Below are positions 26,039-38,404 of a DNA stretch of 64,000 bases, piece by piece. The notes under the pieces were generated by a model, which saw only the letters and a program-made list of their open reading frames with translations, did not search any database and had not been told where the DNA came from. Location: positions 62,001 through 126,000 of the forward strand of contig NW_025767088.1 in the NCBI RefSeq assembly GCF_003918875.1. The letters are read 5' to 3'. Numbering within the stretch: position 1 is the stretch's first letter; each line of letters opens with the position of its first letter. Source of the DNA: Haliotis rubra (Eukaryota). Both the position numbers and the translations under genes were made by a program.

Positions 26039-26566
26039 GACCCATGAAGATCCGGTTTAGAATTGATCTTCAGTAACCCATGCTTGTCGTAAAAGGCGAC
26101 TAACGGGATCGGGTGGTCAGGCTCGCTGACTTGGTTGACACATGTAATCGTATCCCAATTGCGTAGATCGATGTTCATGCTATAGATCACTCGCTTTTCT
26201 TGTCCAGTCTCGATTATTTACAGACCGCCGCCATATAGCTGGAAAATTGGTGAGTGTGGCATTTTTGAAGTTGGGAAGTACAATAGAGACAAATTTACAT
26301 TCAGTTGTTACTCACTGTCTTGGTTGACGCCTAACACCTGGATCGATGCTCATGATGTTGGTCTCTGGATTCTCTGGTCCAGACTCAATTGTATACAGAC
26401 CGCTGTCATATGGCTGGATTGTTGCTGGGAGTACAGACAATCCAGTGATCAAAAGCATGAGCTGACACGGGTCAACAAAGCGAGCCTGACCACCCGATCC
26501 CGTTAGTCGCCTCCTACGACAAGCATGGGCTACTGAAGACTAATTCTAACCCGGATCTTCCCGGGT
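26039..26566. mobile_element. Cluster of SINE family A copies in opposite orientations
   Basis: Copies at 26039-26260 (+), ~26320-26430 (partial, +) and 26430-26566 (-). Confidence 0.8.
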
Positions 26567-27887
26567 GGCACTGCTTAGAAGGCTGTCTGTTCCTATAAAC
26601 GCAAGATGAAGGCGATTCGAAGCCTCCTTCCACAACTAATAGTCTTGCACAGTACAGACAGGATACCCATCTGGACATATCGACGACCCGCCACAGCTTG
26701 AAGCTCCTTGATTGAAGATCGGAACACCTGCCTCACTCGTCTGTGACACATTTTGGACATTTCTGATAACACCGAGTTGTTAACATTTCGACATATTGTA
26801 TTGCTTTTCATTATCGTAAAGCTGATCTCTTGGGGCGGTGAGGTAGCCTAGTTGTCAAAGCATTAGCTGTTTCTAACGTGGGAACAGTGTGTGAAGCCCA
26901 TTTCTGGTGTCTCCCGATGTGGTATTTCTAGAATATTGCTAAAAGCGATGTAAAATCCAATTCACTTGTTCTTTGTCTCTTAATTAACATTCTAAATTTA
27001 TTATTTGATCCGAAATGGATACATGATTACATGATACTGATTTCACCATTCTGTTCTGTAAGTACCTATTTCTTTGTTAACCTTCGCGTTTCAACTTTAG
27101 AACATTGAAAGATCAGTGCTTATATGTACATTGCAGTAATGTTTATCATATATTAGTTATGTTAGTAATAGTCCCGCTGAATGAAATTTCCATTTGAAAA
27201 CATGGAGAATATTTGAGGGAATCGATACGTAACATGAAGTTTGTTTATTTCAAATTCATGTCCTCACCCACACATCTAGCCATTTTAGCTTCCTCTGGCT
27301 CTTTAACACTATTTAAATTACACACCATTAACATTAAATCCAGTACAACATCTGGTCCCGATATGACAGGTCATTCGCATCAGTATCTAAATTCCCATAA
27401 ATCGGTTCATTGTTCCTAGCAGGTAGGTTATCACACAATCAAGCGACACGCTGCTGTGACAAGACGTAGCATAGTGAGGCTGCAAGCGTTATGATTCATT
27501 CCGCTTTTAAAATACCCCGTGGCAGTGTCTATGGCATGGAAGAAAGAAATTTTGTACAATACATGCACAGAAATAGGAGCGACAAAACCCTTTCCACATT
27601 CATAAGAAATCTCTGCTAAAAACATGTAATTAACCGTTTAACGGACACCTGTTGTTATCGTGGATTTAGAGAGGTCAATTCTTACAATTGTCATCGCTCT
27701 TTTGCCAAGTATGTCCTGTTTGGAATCTGTTTCAGCAGATATTCACAACTATTTCTTGGCACTGACGATTTCAGTTCAATTCTTTTGAAAATTAATATAG
27801 CGTGCCCTTTCCGTTTCCGAAAATATCGTTTTAATGCCACTCAAACAAGTTGAAACGTTTACGAATAAATGTCAATATTTTCTGTTC

Positions 27888-28067
27888 ATTAACACATCTT
27901 AGATTTAAAAAAACTCCATTGAGGTTAAAGCAGTATAGGCGTACGACATCACGTGATAGTTGCTTCCATTTACCATCATCTTCTAGTTTCTTGATCAGCT
28001 TCTCCAGCACGTCCTTGTCCTCCAACACATCGTCCAGGTAGTTTTCGCCCATCACTACACAGACCAG
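27888..28067 (-). pseudogene. Orphan exon 5 of a METTL27-like copy (copy 4 relic)
   Basis: The minus strand reads LVCVVMGENYLDDVLEDKDVLEKLIKKLEDDGKWKQLSRDVVRLYCFNLNGV. There is a 1-nt deletion near the ancestral stop relative to copy 5, and the 5' end is cut by MITEs at 28068. The downstream ~27625-27890 resembles the copy-5 3' region 30596-30860. Confidence 0.8.
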
Positions 28068-28284
28068 GGCCCAGATTTTCGAAGCTCTCTTAGCGCTAAG
28101 ATAGTCGTAAGTTAATGTTAATAAATGGCACTTACGACTATCTTAGCGCTAAGAGAGCTTCGAAAATCTAGGCCCTAGGACCCGTTTCACAAAGCGATCG
28201 TAGCGCTACGACTGTCGTAAGACTATGTTAAAGTATGGGTGTTACGATCACCTTAGAGCTATGATCGCTTTGTGAAATGGGGCC
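28068..28284. mobile_element. Two tandem ~107-bp palindromic MITEs (PIF/Harbinger-like)
   Basis: 28068-28174: ggcccagattttcgaagctctcttagcgctaagatagtcgtaag with a near-perfect inverse. 28178-28284: cccgtttcacaaagcgatc / gatcgctttgtgaaatggg. Confidence 0.85.
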
Positions 28285-30264
28285 CTTCAGACTTCAACAC
28301 TTTAACCAGCCCTAAGGATACGTACATCATATGGTGTGCACTGTGACAGAATACTGACAAGATCAGTTTGCATGTGTTTCAAATAATATTAGATTAGATA
28401 TTCTGAATATAAGAACTATCGCATGATAATTCTGGAAACCCCAAAGTCCAGAAACCATCTGTGGCCCGTTTCTGACAAAGTATCAAATTTATGTCCTCAC
28501 TCTCCCATCTAGCCTTTTTAGTTTCCTCGGCGCTTTAGCTCGTTTTACATTTAACACCATTAACATTACAACCAGTACAACATCTTGTCCCTATATTAAC
28601 AGTTCATTCAGTATCTAAATTCCTACAAATCGGCTCATTGTTCCTAGCAGGTAAGCTATCATACCACAATCAAGCGACACGTTGCTGTTCTGGAACATCT
28701 GCACACACAAGACACAGTGGCACAGTGAGACTGCGTTCACTAAGCTGTCGTCGGAGAGAATACGAATAACGTTGTATCGAAGGACCAGGCTGTGTGGGTA
28801 AGTGGATATTTTGTATATATTTGACATACACACGACTGGCCATTGCATCAGTTTGACTTACAGGAATAAATGGCATACTCGGTTGAATATGTTTCTTGAA
28901 ATAGGCTGCAGATTGTTAATATGCTTCAGATGTCTATATATAATATTTTATTTGCACTGAGAAGGCCACAGGCCTATAGTACATAAAGTTATGTTACATT
29001 TGAGAGGAATTTAGATCGGGTAATCATAGCATAGTAAATAAACATTGAAATATTTAGTAGAAGAACTGGATTTTTACTACTTAACAGTGAGGAGAGTTTT
29101 ATCACATTTGGATGGACATAGTAATATCTTTCATTATATTTTGTTCGCAACCGGTCATAAAATGGACATATTAGGAGAAAATGTAATTCATCTTCTATTT
29201 CGTTAAAATTACAAAGTGTACATATTCTATTTTCTCTTCAGATGTACTAGACCCGTTGTGACAAACGGCGGTGTGGTATATCTGCCTAAATACTATAAGT
29301 CAATGCTAGGAATTAACCGTAACCCAATATCCATCTGAGAAACTCTCGAAACAGAAGTATTATTTTATCGCCAAATTCGCACATAATAAAACTGGTCTTG
29401 AAATAAGAACATTTAAGTCACTGTGTTTAAATCGCACGGAGGTGTGTAGATATTGTCTCCAATTTCAAGTATTTCCTGCAATATGAAATACTCGTGAATG
29501 CTGTGAATATGTGGCTCTATGTTTCAATACCTAGAAATCTTTTCGTTTTTTTATTCCCCACAAATAGACATTTATGCTTTGACTGCGTACTTTCGTGTAG
29601 GGTACAGGCGCTCTTTTTTCTCGAAATCTTGTATCATCGAATTTACATCAATTTTTGGTTCCTTACGTATCTTTCTTTAATTTACCTGAACGTTAAATAT
29701 ATAATCATATTGTCCTCTAAGTAGTCGTGAATATGTTTGGGGTATGTTTTAGAAGCTATGTCAGTGATGTACTGAGGTTATTTGAACCACAAGAGAAGGA
29801 GATCCCCGTTATTTTCATTACCCACGACTACAGACCAGAGAAGCCCCCAATGTACCCTCCTTTTAGCAACCGGTAGTGCAGGACCAGCTTTCGCGAACAC
29901 CTGGTGTCATCAGTAATTTTCAATGGTCTGTTCAAATGATGTTCACAGCTATTTTGCCAAAATGAAAGCTGTTTTTCAGGATAGTCGAGACTGTGAATTC
30001 TTCTGCTCCGAAGCTGGACATCAACCCACAGTTACTGTATCTGTAACTAAATATGGCTTTAGATTGAAGTGTAGAGTAAATGTTTGGGATGTGATATGAG
30101 TATTTAATGTGACATGAGATGATGGGTTCCCTCCTTCGTCAGAATCATGCTCACGCCTCAGACTGTTTCAGAGTTTTATTTCTACCTAAGCATGTATGCC
30201 TTACCAGTAAATGAAACCACAGTTGCGACGGGAGGTTCTGAAAGAACAATTTACGCTACTGATT

Positions 30265-30485
30265 GATTGACTGAGTTTACTTTTACGTCGCACTCAGCAA
30301 GTTATATGGTAGTAGTCTGTAAATAATCGAGTCTGGGACAGACAATGCAGTGATCAACAGCATTAACATCGATCTACACAAGTGGGATACGACGACAAGT
30401 GTCAACCAAGTCACCAAGTACCCAGTCCCGTTAGTCGCCCCTTACGACAAGCATTAGTTACAGAAGGGCAATTCTAACCCGGATC
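30265..30485 (-). mobile_element. SINE family A copy
   Basis: Reverse complement of the family consensus. Confidence 0.75.
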
Positions 30486-31731
30486 TAGTTAAGTTACTGT
30501 GTAAAGTTACTTTTGAAGAACACGATTCACAGGTAGCATGCGTGTTTAGTATGGTTACATACTGCATCAAGTAAGGAAATTTGTAAAATACATGCATGTA
30601 ATTAAACTTTTAACGAACACCTGATATCTTTATTGATTTAGAGACATCATTTCGTGTAATCTTCACCGCCCTTTTACCATCTATGCCTTGTTTGAACCTC
30701 TTTCAGCAATGGTCAGGATTATTTTCTGGCACTGACTTTTTCAGTTCAATTCATATATAAACCAATGTAGCAACCTCTTTCCTTCTCCGAAGAAAATGTT
30801 TTTATTTCCATAAAACAAGTTGAAACGTTTTCGAATGAACGTCAACATTTTCTGTTGTATTAGCATATCTTAAAATTAAAAATAACTCCGTTGTGGTTAA
30901 AACAGTATTGACGCACGACATCACGTGAGAGTTTCTTCCATTTCCCATCATCCTCTAGTTTCTGCATCAGCTTTTCCAGCCTGCCCCTGTACTCCGTGAC
31001 ATCGTACAGGTAGTCCTCACACATCACTATACAGATCAGACCTCCTGCCAACAATCACAGACAAAGATGCATCAAACATTCAATGTTGAATATGACTGAA
31101 TACTTCTCCATAGATGTACATTTACTTAATTCATCACTCTGCAGTGCCGAGCGGTTTCTGCAATGTCAGCATCAGACTTAAATACAGATAAGTATCAAGC
31201 TCCTCGCCCATGGGCATGGATGATAATATCTACTTTTGCTCATACTTCATGTTTTGGAGGAGTATATTGATAAGTATCATGGCACAAAATTCAACTCCTT
31301 TTAACTTTATTCGGGTAATTTAGAGTCTTATTAAACTATATCGCCCGGACATAACGTTCAGAGAAATGGACAAATTCAATGGAGGAAGTGTCATGGTAAC
31401 TTTCTATGATAGTGAATGAGTGAGTTTAGTTTTACACCGTTTTCAGCAATATTCAAGCAACATCACAGCGGGGGACACCAGAAATGGTTTCACACATGTG
31501 GGGAATCGAAACCGGGTCTTCGACGTGACGAACAACTATGTTACCCCACGACCCTTTCCTGTGATAGACGAGGACGTCAAGTGAGTCAGGGCAACAAAAT
31601 CTGCAGGAATTACGTCAAAATTGGATACCATTCCTCAATGTGTCATGTGGACAAGACGTACAGTACATGTTATAACAGACACGGTACAAAGCTTCACGAA
31701 TGCCGTATTGGGAATAGTGACGTAGCTGTCA

Positions 31732-31922
31732 TAGGGCTGTAACGATGAATCGAACTATCGATGGAATGCAATTGCTGAGTCTCCAATAGCAATTAATCCA
31801 TGGAAGAAACGAAATACTATCGATGCATTAATAGTATGTGTGACTATCGATTGTTAGCAATTGACTTCCGTTGATAAATGCGCATATAGATAGTATCAGA
31901 TTTTTTCACTTTAATTTAGAGT

Positions 31923-31992
<70 letters not shown>

Positions 31993-32206
31993 TACCTCTT
32001 GGAATAGGCTTCACGTTTCTTGATAAAAGAAAGTGAAACTACTTCAGCGTGTCTATATTTCACATAAATTATATATTCATTTGGGAAATGACTTCAAATG
32101 AGTCATTTCAAGGAGAGAAAAAATATATTGCTATAGTATTGTAATAGTTGGTCGCAATAGACTATCGCTATCGCAATAGCTGCTTCCCCCTCAATAGTCA
32201 CCCCTA
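31732..32206. mobile_element. hAT-type MITE carrying a (CA)n tract
   Basis: Termini taggg...cccta, an 8-bp TSD agctgtca/agctggca (one mismatch), and (CA)n at ~31925-31991. Confidence 0.65.
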
Positions 32207-32916
32207 AGCTGGCACATGTATAGTCGTCTCCTTATAGTTGATGAACTATGTGACTCGTTGCAATCTTCCAAACCCACAAATGTAACATGCAACACCTTTA
32301 AAGCCTGGCAGAAGTCACAAACAGTCACCACATGGTTTTTGTTTAGTAGAAAGTATATACTTCAAACGTGACAATGGCATACTAATCGTTTACCTTTATA
32401 CCATCGCTTGCCATTCCGTATAACACTATTATTATACAGAGAATTTCACTAGATATACTATATTTGATCTAAAATTAAGTCCCTTAATGTATAATGTATT
32501 CAGCCTAGGTGGCAGAGTGATCAGCGACATATTGCTTATCACATGCTTAGAGCACGTTTTGGATGATAAATACTATTATTTCAAAATGAGGACGAAATTC
32601 AACTTACCTTGTTCGGTTATTCTAATGAGTTCGTGTAACCCATCACATGGGATGTGTCCTTCTCCCATACCACCGGATATTACACAGCAATCGTACATAT
32701 CTGCGGAAACATCTTCATGAGGTCAATACAAGAAGTCATACTTGCATCATATGATTATATTTTCATATTACAATCCACTATATAATGCTATTTAATTGGC
32801 ACCAAACCTATATATCGGGATACTTTTTTTGTCCAGGACCTCACAGTAGATGCTGTGTAGATGTTCTTCTTACTGGCTTGCTCCAACATCCCTGCAGCAG
32901 GTTCTAGACCATCCAG

Positions 32917-33014
32917 GCTAGCTATTCGTGAAACGTTCCAGCCCATTCTTAACACATTGGCTACAATCAAAGTTAAGAATTCCTAGGGCTACGAACGTTT
33001 TGAGAATAAGGGCC
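32917..33014. mobile_element. Palindromic Harbinger-like MITE inside the old exon 3 of copy 5
   Basis: It is flanked by a 3-bp CAG duplication (32914-16 and 33015-17). Removing it restores the codons ...CAC CTG GAT... Confidence 0.8.
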
Positions 33015-34611
33015 CAGGTGCTTAAATCCTCGGTCCTGAAACTGTGACATACCTCAGCTAGATACTTAGGTCAGATGTTACCTACCGTCATCTATTGGGA
33101 GACGGTTGCCGTCCAGGAACTCACAGTAGAGATTGGTGTAAATGTTCTTCTTCCTGGCTTGTTCCAACATCCCTGCCGCTGGTTCTAGAGCATCCAGATG
33201 CTTAAATCTTCGGTCCTGAAGCTGGAAAGTGCATGACATTATTATTGTTTCTACAGTAATATGGTAAAGTCAAAATCATCCATCCTCTTTCTGAAGTGTG
33301 AACTGCAATATATTTGAAATTAACTGATGAAATTTAAATGAGCTTAAAGGCTGTACCTGCTCGCCTAAAAGACCCGTTCCCGCGGCAACGTCGAGGATAT
33401 TCACATGAGAGACGTTGTGACGGAAGTATTCAGCCACGACATCTGCAGCAATGCTTGGTCCCTTGTACCACTCGGGACATAAATCCTGAAGCCAAACACG
33501 TCATTGAGCCATGACAAATATACTCTCTCAAAACAGAAACGCATAACGAAAATGTCATTTTGATGTACTTCAACAACTCGCACATGCACTAGAGGCAGAG
33601 TGGACTACGATGCAGCAACATCAGATTCAGAGACTAATTCGTTCCATGCTGAGACGATGTCACGCAGTTCTGAACGCCAATGGTGGTCGCACAAGGTGAC
33701 TTCAAACGTCTATATGTGACCCACTAACTGACTTTTCTCGAGCTCTTATCAAACAGTGATACTGTGACATTTCCCATGTGAGATATCTTTGAATTTCATT
33801 TGCTATTAAATTCCATACGATGTAACAGAATAAAGAGTAAATTGTATTTAAAATTAATATATTCTATTTCAATGTCAAATATGTTCTCGTCACGATATGG
33901 CTGAGATATTGCCGATGTGACGTTAAATATTAACTCACTCACTCACTAAAATTAATATATGCCTTTCTTTTTTTTAGAGAGTATACATGAGTAAATATAT
34001 TGCGAACATTGCACAATTACTTTATCGGAAGCTCATTATGTGTATGTACGTAAATTCGAAAAAGGTATGACTCCTACCTGTTCATATTTCCCGTCATGCG
34101 ACCATTTAGAGTAGTACTCAACAACCTCATCAGTGCTAATCCCGACACGATGAGCTCCAGCATTAACGGTACGAGCTGGCGTGTACTATGGTTCGCTGGT
34201 ATTTCTACTTCCATTTTCCTTGGAAGTTCTCTTTTTCCATTTCTGAAACAACTTAAAATCAGAGGAGAGAAATGAAAGAACAGAATCCAAGTTACAATAC
34301 GTTTCCTATTATTCGATCGTTCGCTGTTGCGTGAACCAGCATGGACTGTTCGATTCGGTCTGTACTCCCTGGGTTTTCATTTTCCATTTCTGAAAATTTC
34401 CTATTATTAACTCGTTCACTGTTGCGTGAAAATATATCTATTTCAAAGCAAAATAATCGATATTCATTAACATTATGGGTACTTAAATGACAAAATAATT
34501 ACAATAGATGTTCGGTTTTTATTGACAAGGTACGATTATGCACAATGAAGAATTGCTATCATTTACTCAGCGTGAATTGTTGATTTATTGTGCATTTATG
34601 ATGGTAAATAT

Positions 34612-34948
34612 TTGTTTGTATGTTTGTTTGTTGTTTAACGCAGCAATATTACAGCTATATACCGGCGGTCTGTATATAATTCAGTCGGGGACCAGACCAG
34701 ACAATCCAGTGATCAACAGCATGAACATCGATCTACGCAATTGGTATATGATGATAAATGTCAATCAGTTCAGCGAGCCTGGCCACCGGATCGTCTCTTA
34801 CGGGGTTCTGAAGATTAATTCTTACCCTGATTTTCACGGGTGTATCAGGAAATGGTCAGCGCGCCTGACCACCCGATCTCGTTAGTCGCCTCTGACGTCA
34901 TGCATGCTTTTTTCTGAAGATCTATTCTAACCCGGATCCTCACGGGTC
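34612..34948 (-). mobile_element. Two adjacent SINE family A copies
   Basis: Copies at ~34612-34842 and ~34855-34948; both heads end at cacggg on the plus strand. Confidence 0.75.
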
Positions 34949-35799
34949 GGTTATGGGGCAAGTTTCTTTCTTTCGTCACTCCCAGCCGTGATATCATCAG
35001 ACAGACAGAGTTTATATTTCAGTCTCATCACACAAAAGAATCTGGCACATTGTAATGCCTCAACCCAACAGACAGTCATCTTTCGTTCTGTTTTGTAATG
35101 CTGGCAACGTGGCAATGTAACGATAAATTTCCATACTTACGTGCCTTTCCATTCAGTTGGTTTTCATGGGATTGACAAGAAACTATTTTAGCAAGAAGTG
35201 ACAAATACAGCGATATGTTCACACTCTCCTGGAAAGAAAACGGCGAACTCTCGGTCAACATCAGCGATTGTAAATTTGAGTTATCGCCCTTGTGGAAACA
35301 TGCGCAGTCATGCCTAAAGTTGGGATGGGACATTTTCTAGAGGATTGGCTGTACTTGCATAAGAGTAATAAGATGCCCATTTAACGTCTTTGAAACTGGC
35401 ATTTTATCTACTTGACAATTGTAAATTGGCTAGTTCGGTGCAGTTCCTAACGGCTTGACACCCAGATCGACAAAAACAGCCCTAAACACGATTCTGACAT
35501 TTGTGAGTCCACCAACTCCTCTCCAAGTGATCAAAAGTTGTCATTTTTTGTCTTGCACTTTGAAATCACTTTTGAAAGATGCAACATTCTTTGGAAATAT
35601 TGTTGCAAAGTGTTTCTTATGGTAAATCTCAAAAGGTGAAGACAGCACTATCAGTTCAAATGATGTAAAAGGTTACTTTCAAAGGATATGAGTTGGTACC
35701 TGAGAAAGAGTTGAGGGAAAAGACCGTTGATATTATGTCGATGATGGTCTCTGGGAAACAGTCGAGGGGAAAAACTTAGACTGTTATAGAGATGGTGAT

Positions 35800-36376
35800 A
35801 TGCTGTTGATGTGGAGTTTCCTGGTCAAGAGGATAATACGCTCGAAACATATTTACCTGGCGTCTTGTGTTGGTTACCCAGGCATCTATAGTAACACACT
35901 GGCCGACCAGGCTTTTAAGGCAGCACTCTACGAACCTGTGACATCATTTTTCAGACCATACTCGGAATAGAAAACCTTAATTAGATCTCACATTCATGAT
36001 CTAATGCATAAGAAGTGGGATATCGAATTAAGTATAAATACGTACCATTGAATAGAGCCAAGTATTAGTTACACTATACTTCTTGGGAAGCAAATGTACT
36101 GTAAGTCCCCATGGTCCCTAGTATGGTGATCTACCTTCAGTTGTTGGCAATCTATAGCCGGTTTTCATATTGTATTGTCATTTAAAAGTAACATATTTTA
36201 GATTTAATTACTAGTCCTAAATTTATCACTGTGATAATCTAGTTGTTTTACTGTCCTTCGTCGACAGGTGTTTTATAATGTAATTGTGTTTATTGTTAAT
36301 TTATAACTTTTTAAGTCACAATATGGCTTAAATATTGCCGATGTGACTATAAATTTTAACTCACTTACTCACTCAC
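35800..36376 (+). mobile_element. 5'-truncated copy of the I/Nimb-type LINE 3' end
   Basis: It matches 52520-52630 (RNase H end) and 53307-53590 (3' UTR, tggtgatctaccttcagttg...attgccgatgtgac...actcactc). Smaller 3' tips occur at ~2905-3135 (-), 6615-6745 (-) and 33880-33946 (+). Confidence 0.8.
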
Positions 36377-37084
36377 TCTTCTTGGCCACCGCCATACAGC
36401 TGTAATACTGCGTGATAAACTGCTTGAGTGTATTGACTTCCCATCACAGGGATTAATATTTCAGTAAAACAACAATGAAGGATCCTTTTTAATAATGTTA
36501 ATCGTCATTTAATAATTGTTTGAAAGAAATAGAATTGTTTAAAAATATGAATAATATATTTTGTTAATAGATAAAGGTTTTTTAACTGGTGACTTGTTTG
36601 CAATCTGGCCAAAACATGTCACGTTGCCATTAGTAACGTGCTATCATAAAGCCAATGACTGCGACGAAAACAAAATTATTTGTAATTAAGAGACAATGGG
36701 ATGCGTGTCTAGACTGAACCTAACACAAGCTTAAGGACACTCACGTTGCAGAAACTGCATGTGTTGGTACTTGTCATTTCGAGGGAAAGTATAAATTTAT
36801 GCCTCGAATAGTGATTATGACATTTTATCAACGTTGATAGTATCGTGAACAGGTATGTGAAATTCTATATAATATCACAAATGTATTTAATTTCTGATAT
36901 TATTATGCTAATATGAACTGTTCAGAATGCATATGTCCACGGAAACGTTATACTAATTCTGTCCATTCGAGTTCCCATTACAACAGAGGCTACTTATTGG
37001 CATAACAAACAAAATCAGGGGAAAGTATTTTCATGACTCTACGATATATTGGGTATAAGCAGAAGCAAGTTTGTTCAAGAACAA

Positions 37085-37612
37085 TTTTTATACTTATACT
37101 TATATGATTATATACTTCACACTTTGATCCCACACCTGACACTTTGGTCTCACGATAGGAATTTTGATCCTCACGATACTTTTACTTATTTGATTATATA
37201 CTTCACACTTTGATCCCACACCTGGGGCTTTGGTCTCACGATCGGAATTTTGATTCTCACGATATTTATATTTATATGATTATATACTTCACACTTTGAT
37301 CCCACACCTGGGGCGTTCGTCATAGGAATTTTGATCCCTCACGATACTTATTCTTATATGATTATATACTTTCACACTTTGATCCCACACCTGGGGCTTT
37401 GGTCTCACGATAGGAATTTTGATCCTCACGATACTTATACTTATATGATTATATACTTCACACTTTGATCCCACACCTGGGGTCTTAGGAATTTTGATCC
37501 TCACGATACTTATTCTTATAAGATTATATACTTCACACTTTGATCCCACACCTGGGGCTTTTGGTAATACACTTTGATCATACACATATGACGCACCTGA
37601 CGCTTTGATCAA
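37085..37612. repeat. Satellite with ~80-bp unit built from ~20-bp tttgatc subunits
   Basis: The unit cttcacactttgatcccacacctggggctttggtctcacgataggaattttgatcctcacgatact... occurs about 6 times. Confidence 0.9.
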
Positions 37613-37977
37613 AGAGCGGCATTTTTATTTCCTGTGTTTGTCATCGCCCGACTGACCCTTCTAATTTTATAGCCGACCCTTACCCCCAAAAAAAGAAATA
37701 AATAATAATAATAAAAAAAATTAAAAAATCTTTTTTCATTCCAACACCGATTCAAACCTAAAACTTACCGCCTCGTCATATATTTTTTTAAATTTTTACA
37801 TCAGTTGCTGCCACAAGTCCAAAGAACGCGAGAAATTGTAATAAGAATTACAATAAATGACAATCAAGACGATTATTCAGATAATTTTGTCTTTCATAAG
37901 TTTTCTTTTCCCCCCAACCAACCGACCCATGTTAAGAATTTGGTGGCTACGGGAAACACATTAAAATGATGAACAAA

Positions 37978-38290
37978 GCTTTGATAGTACACTTGAAGCT
38001 TTGATCCCATACTTGTCACTTTGCTCATACACTTGACGTTTTCATCCCACACCTGAAACTTTGATCTCACACCTAACGCTTTGATCTCACACTGACGCTT
38101 TGATCTCACACTGATACTTTGATCACATCTGACGCTTTGATCTCACACCTGACGCTTTGATCATACACCTGACACTTTGATCTCACACCTGAGGCTTTGA
38201 TCTCACACTGATACTTTGATCACACCTGACGCTTTGATCTCACACCTGACGCTTTAGATCATGCACACCTTACGCTTTTGATCATGCACA
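37978..38290. repeat. Minisatellite with ~18-20-bp unit (cacacctgacgctttgatct)
   Basis: About 15 copies, ending ~110 bp upstream of the copy-6 first coding exon. Confidence 0.9.
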
Positions 38291-38404
38291 TCAACTGTGT
38301 TTAAATTCAATAAAATTCAGCAAGTTCTTTTATCTGTATATATCCATCCGAACTGGTGGCAATATGTGTGAAGTATACATGTAATTCTCTTTTCGTTTTC
38401 AGAA

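Larger units (their letters stand above)
30860..34240 (-). pseudogene. METTL27-like: METTL27-like copy 5, inverted; exons 2-5 intact, exon 1 frameshifted with an in-frame stop
   Basis: Exons are 34240-34078 (163 nt; TAG in the conserved frame before YTPARTVNAGAHRVGISTDEVVEYYSKW), 33485-33357 (ILDVAAGTGLLG), 33221-33086, 32700-32608 and 31044-30860. A second, MITE-disrupted exon 3 lies at ~33041-32808. It could be an intact gene if exon 1 has base-call errors. Confidence 0.75.
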
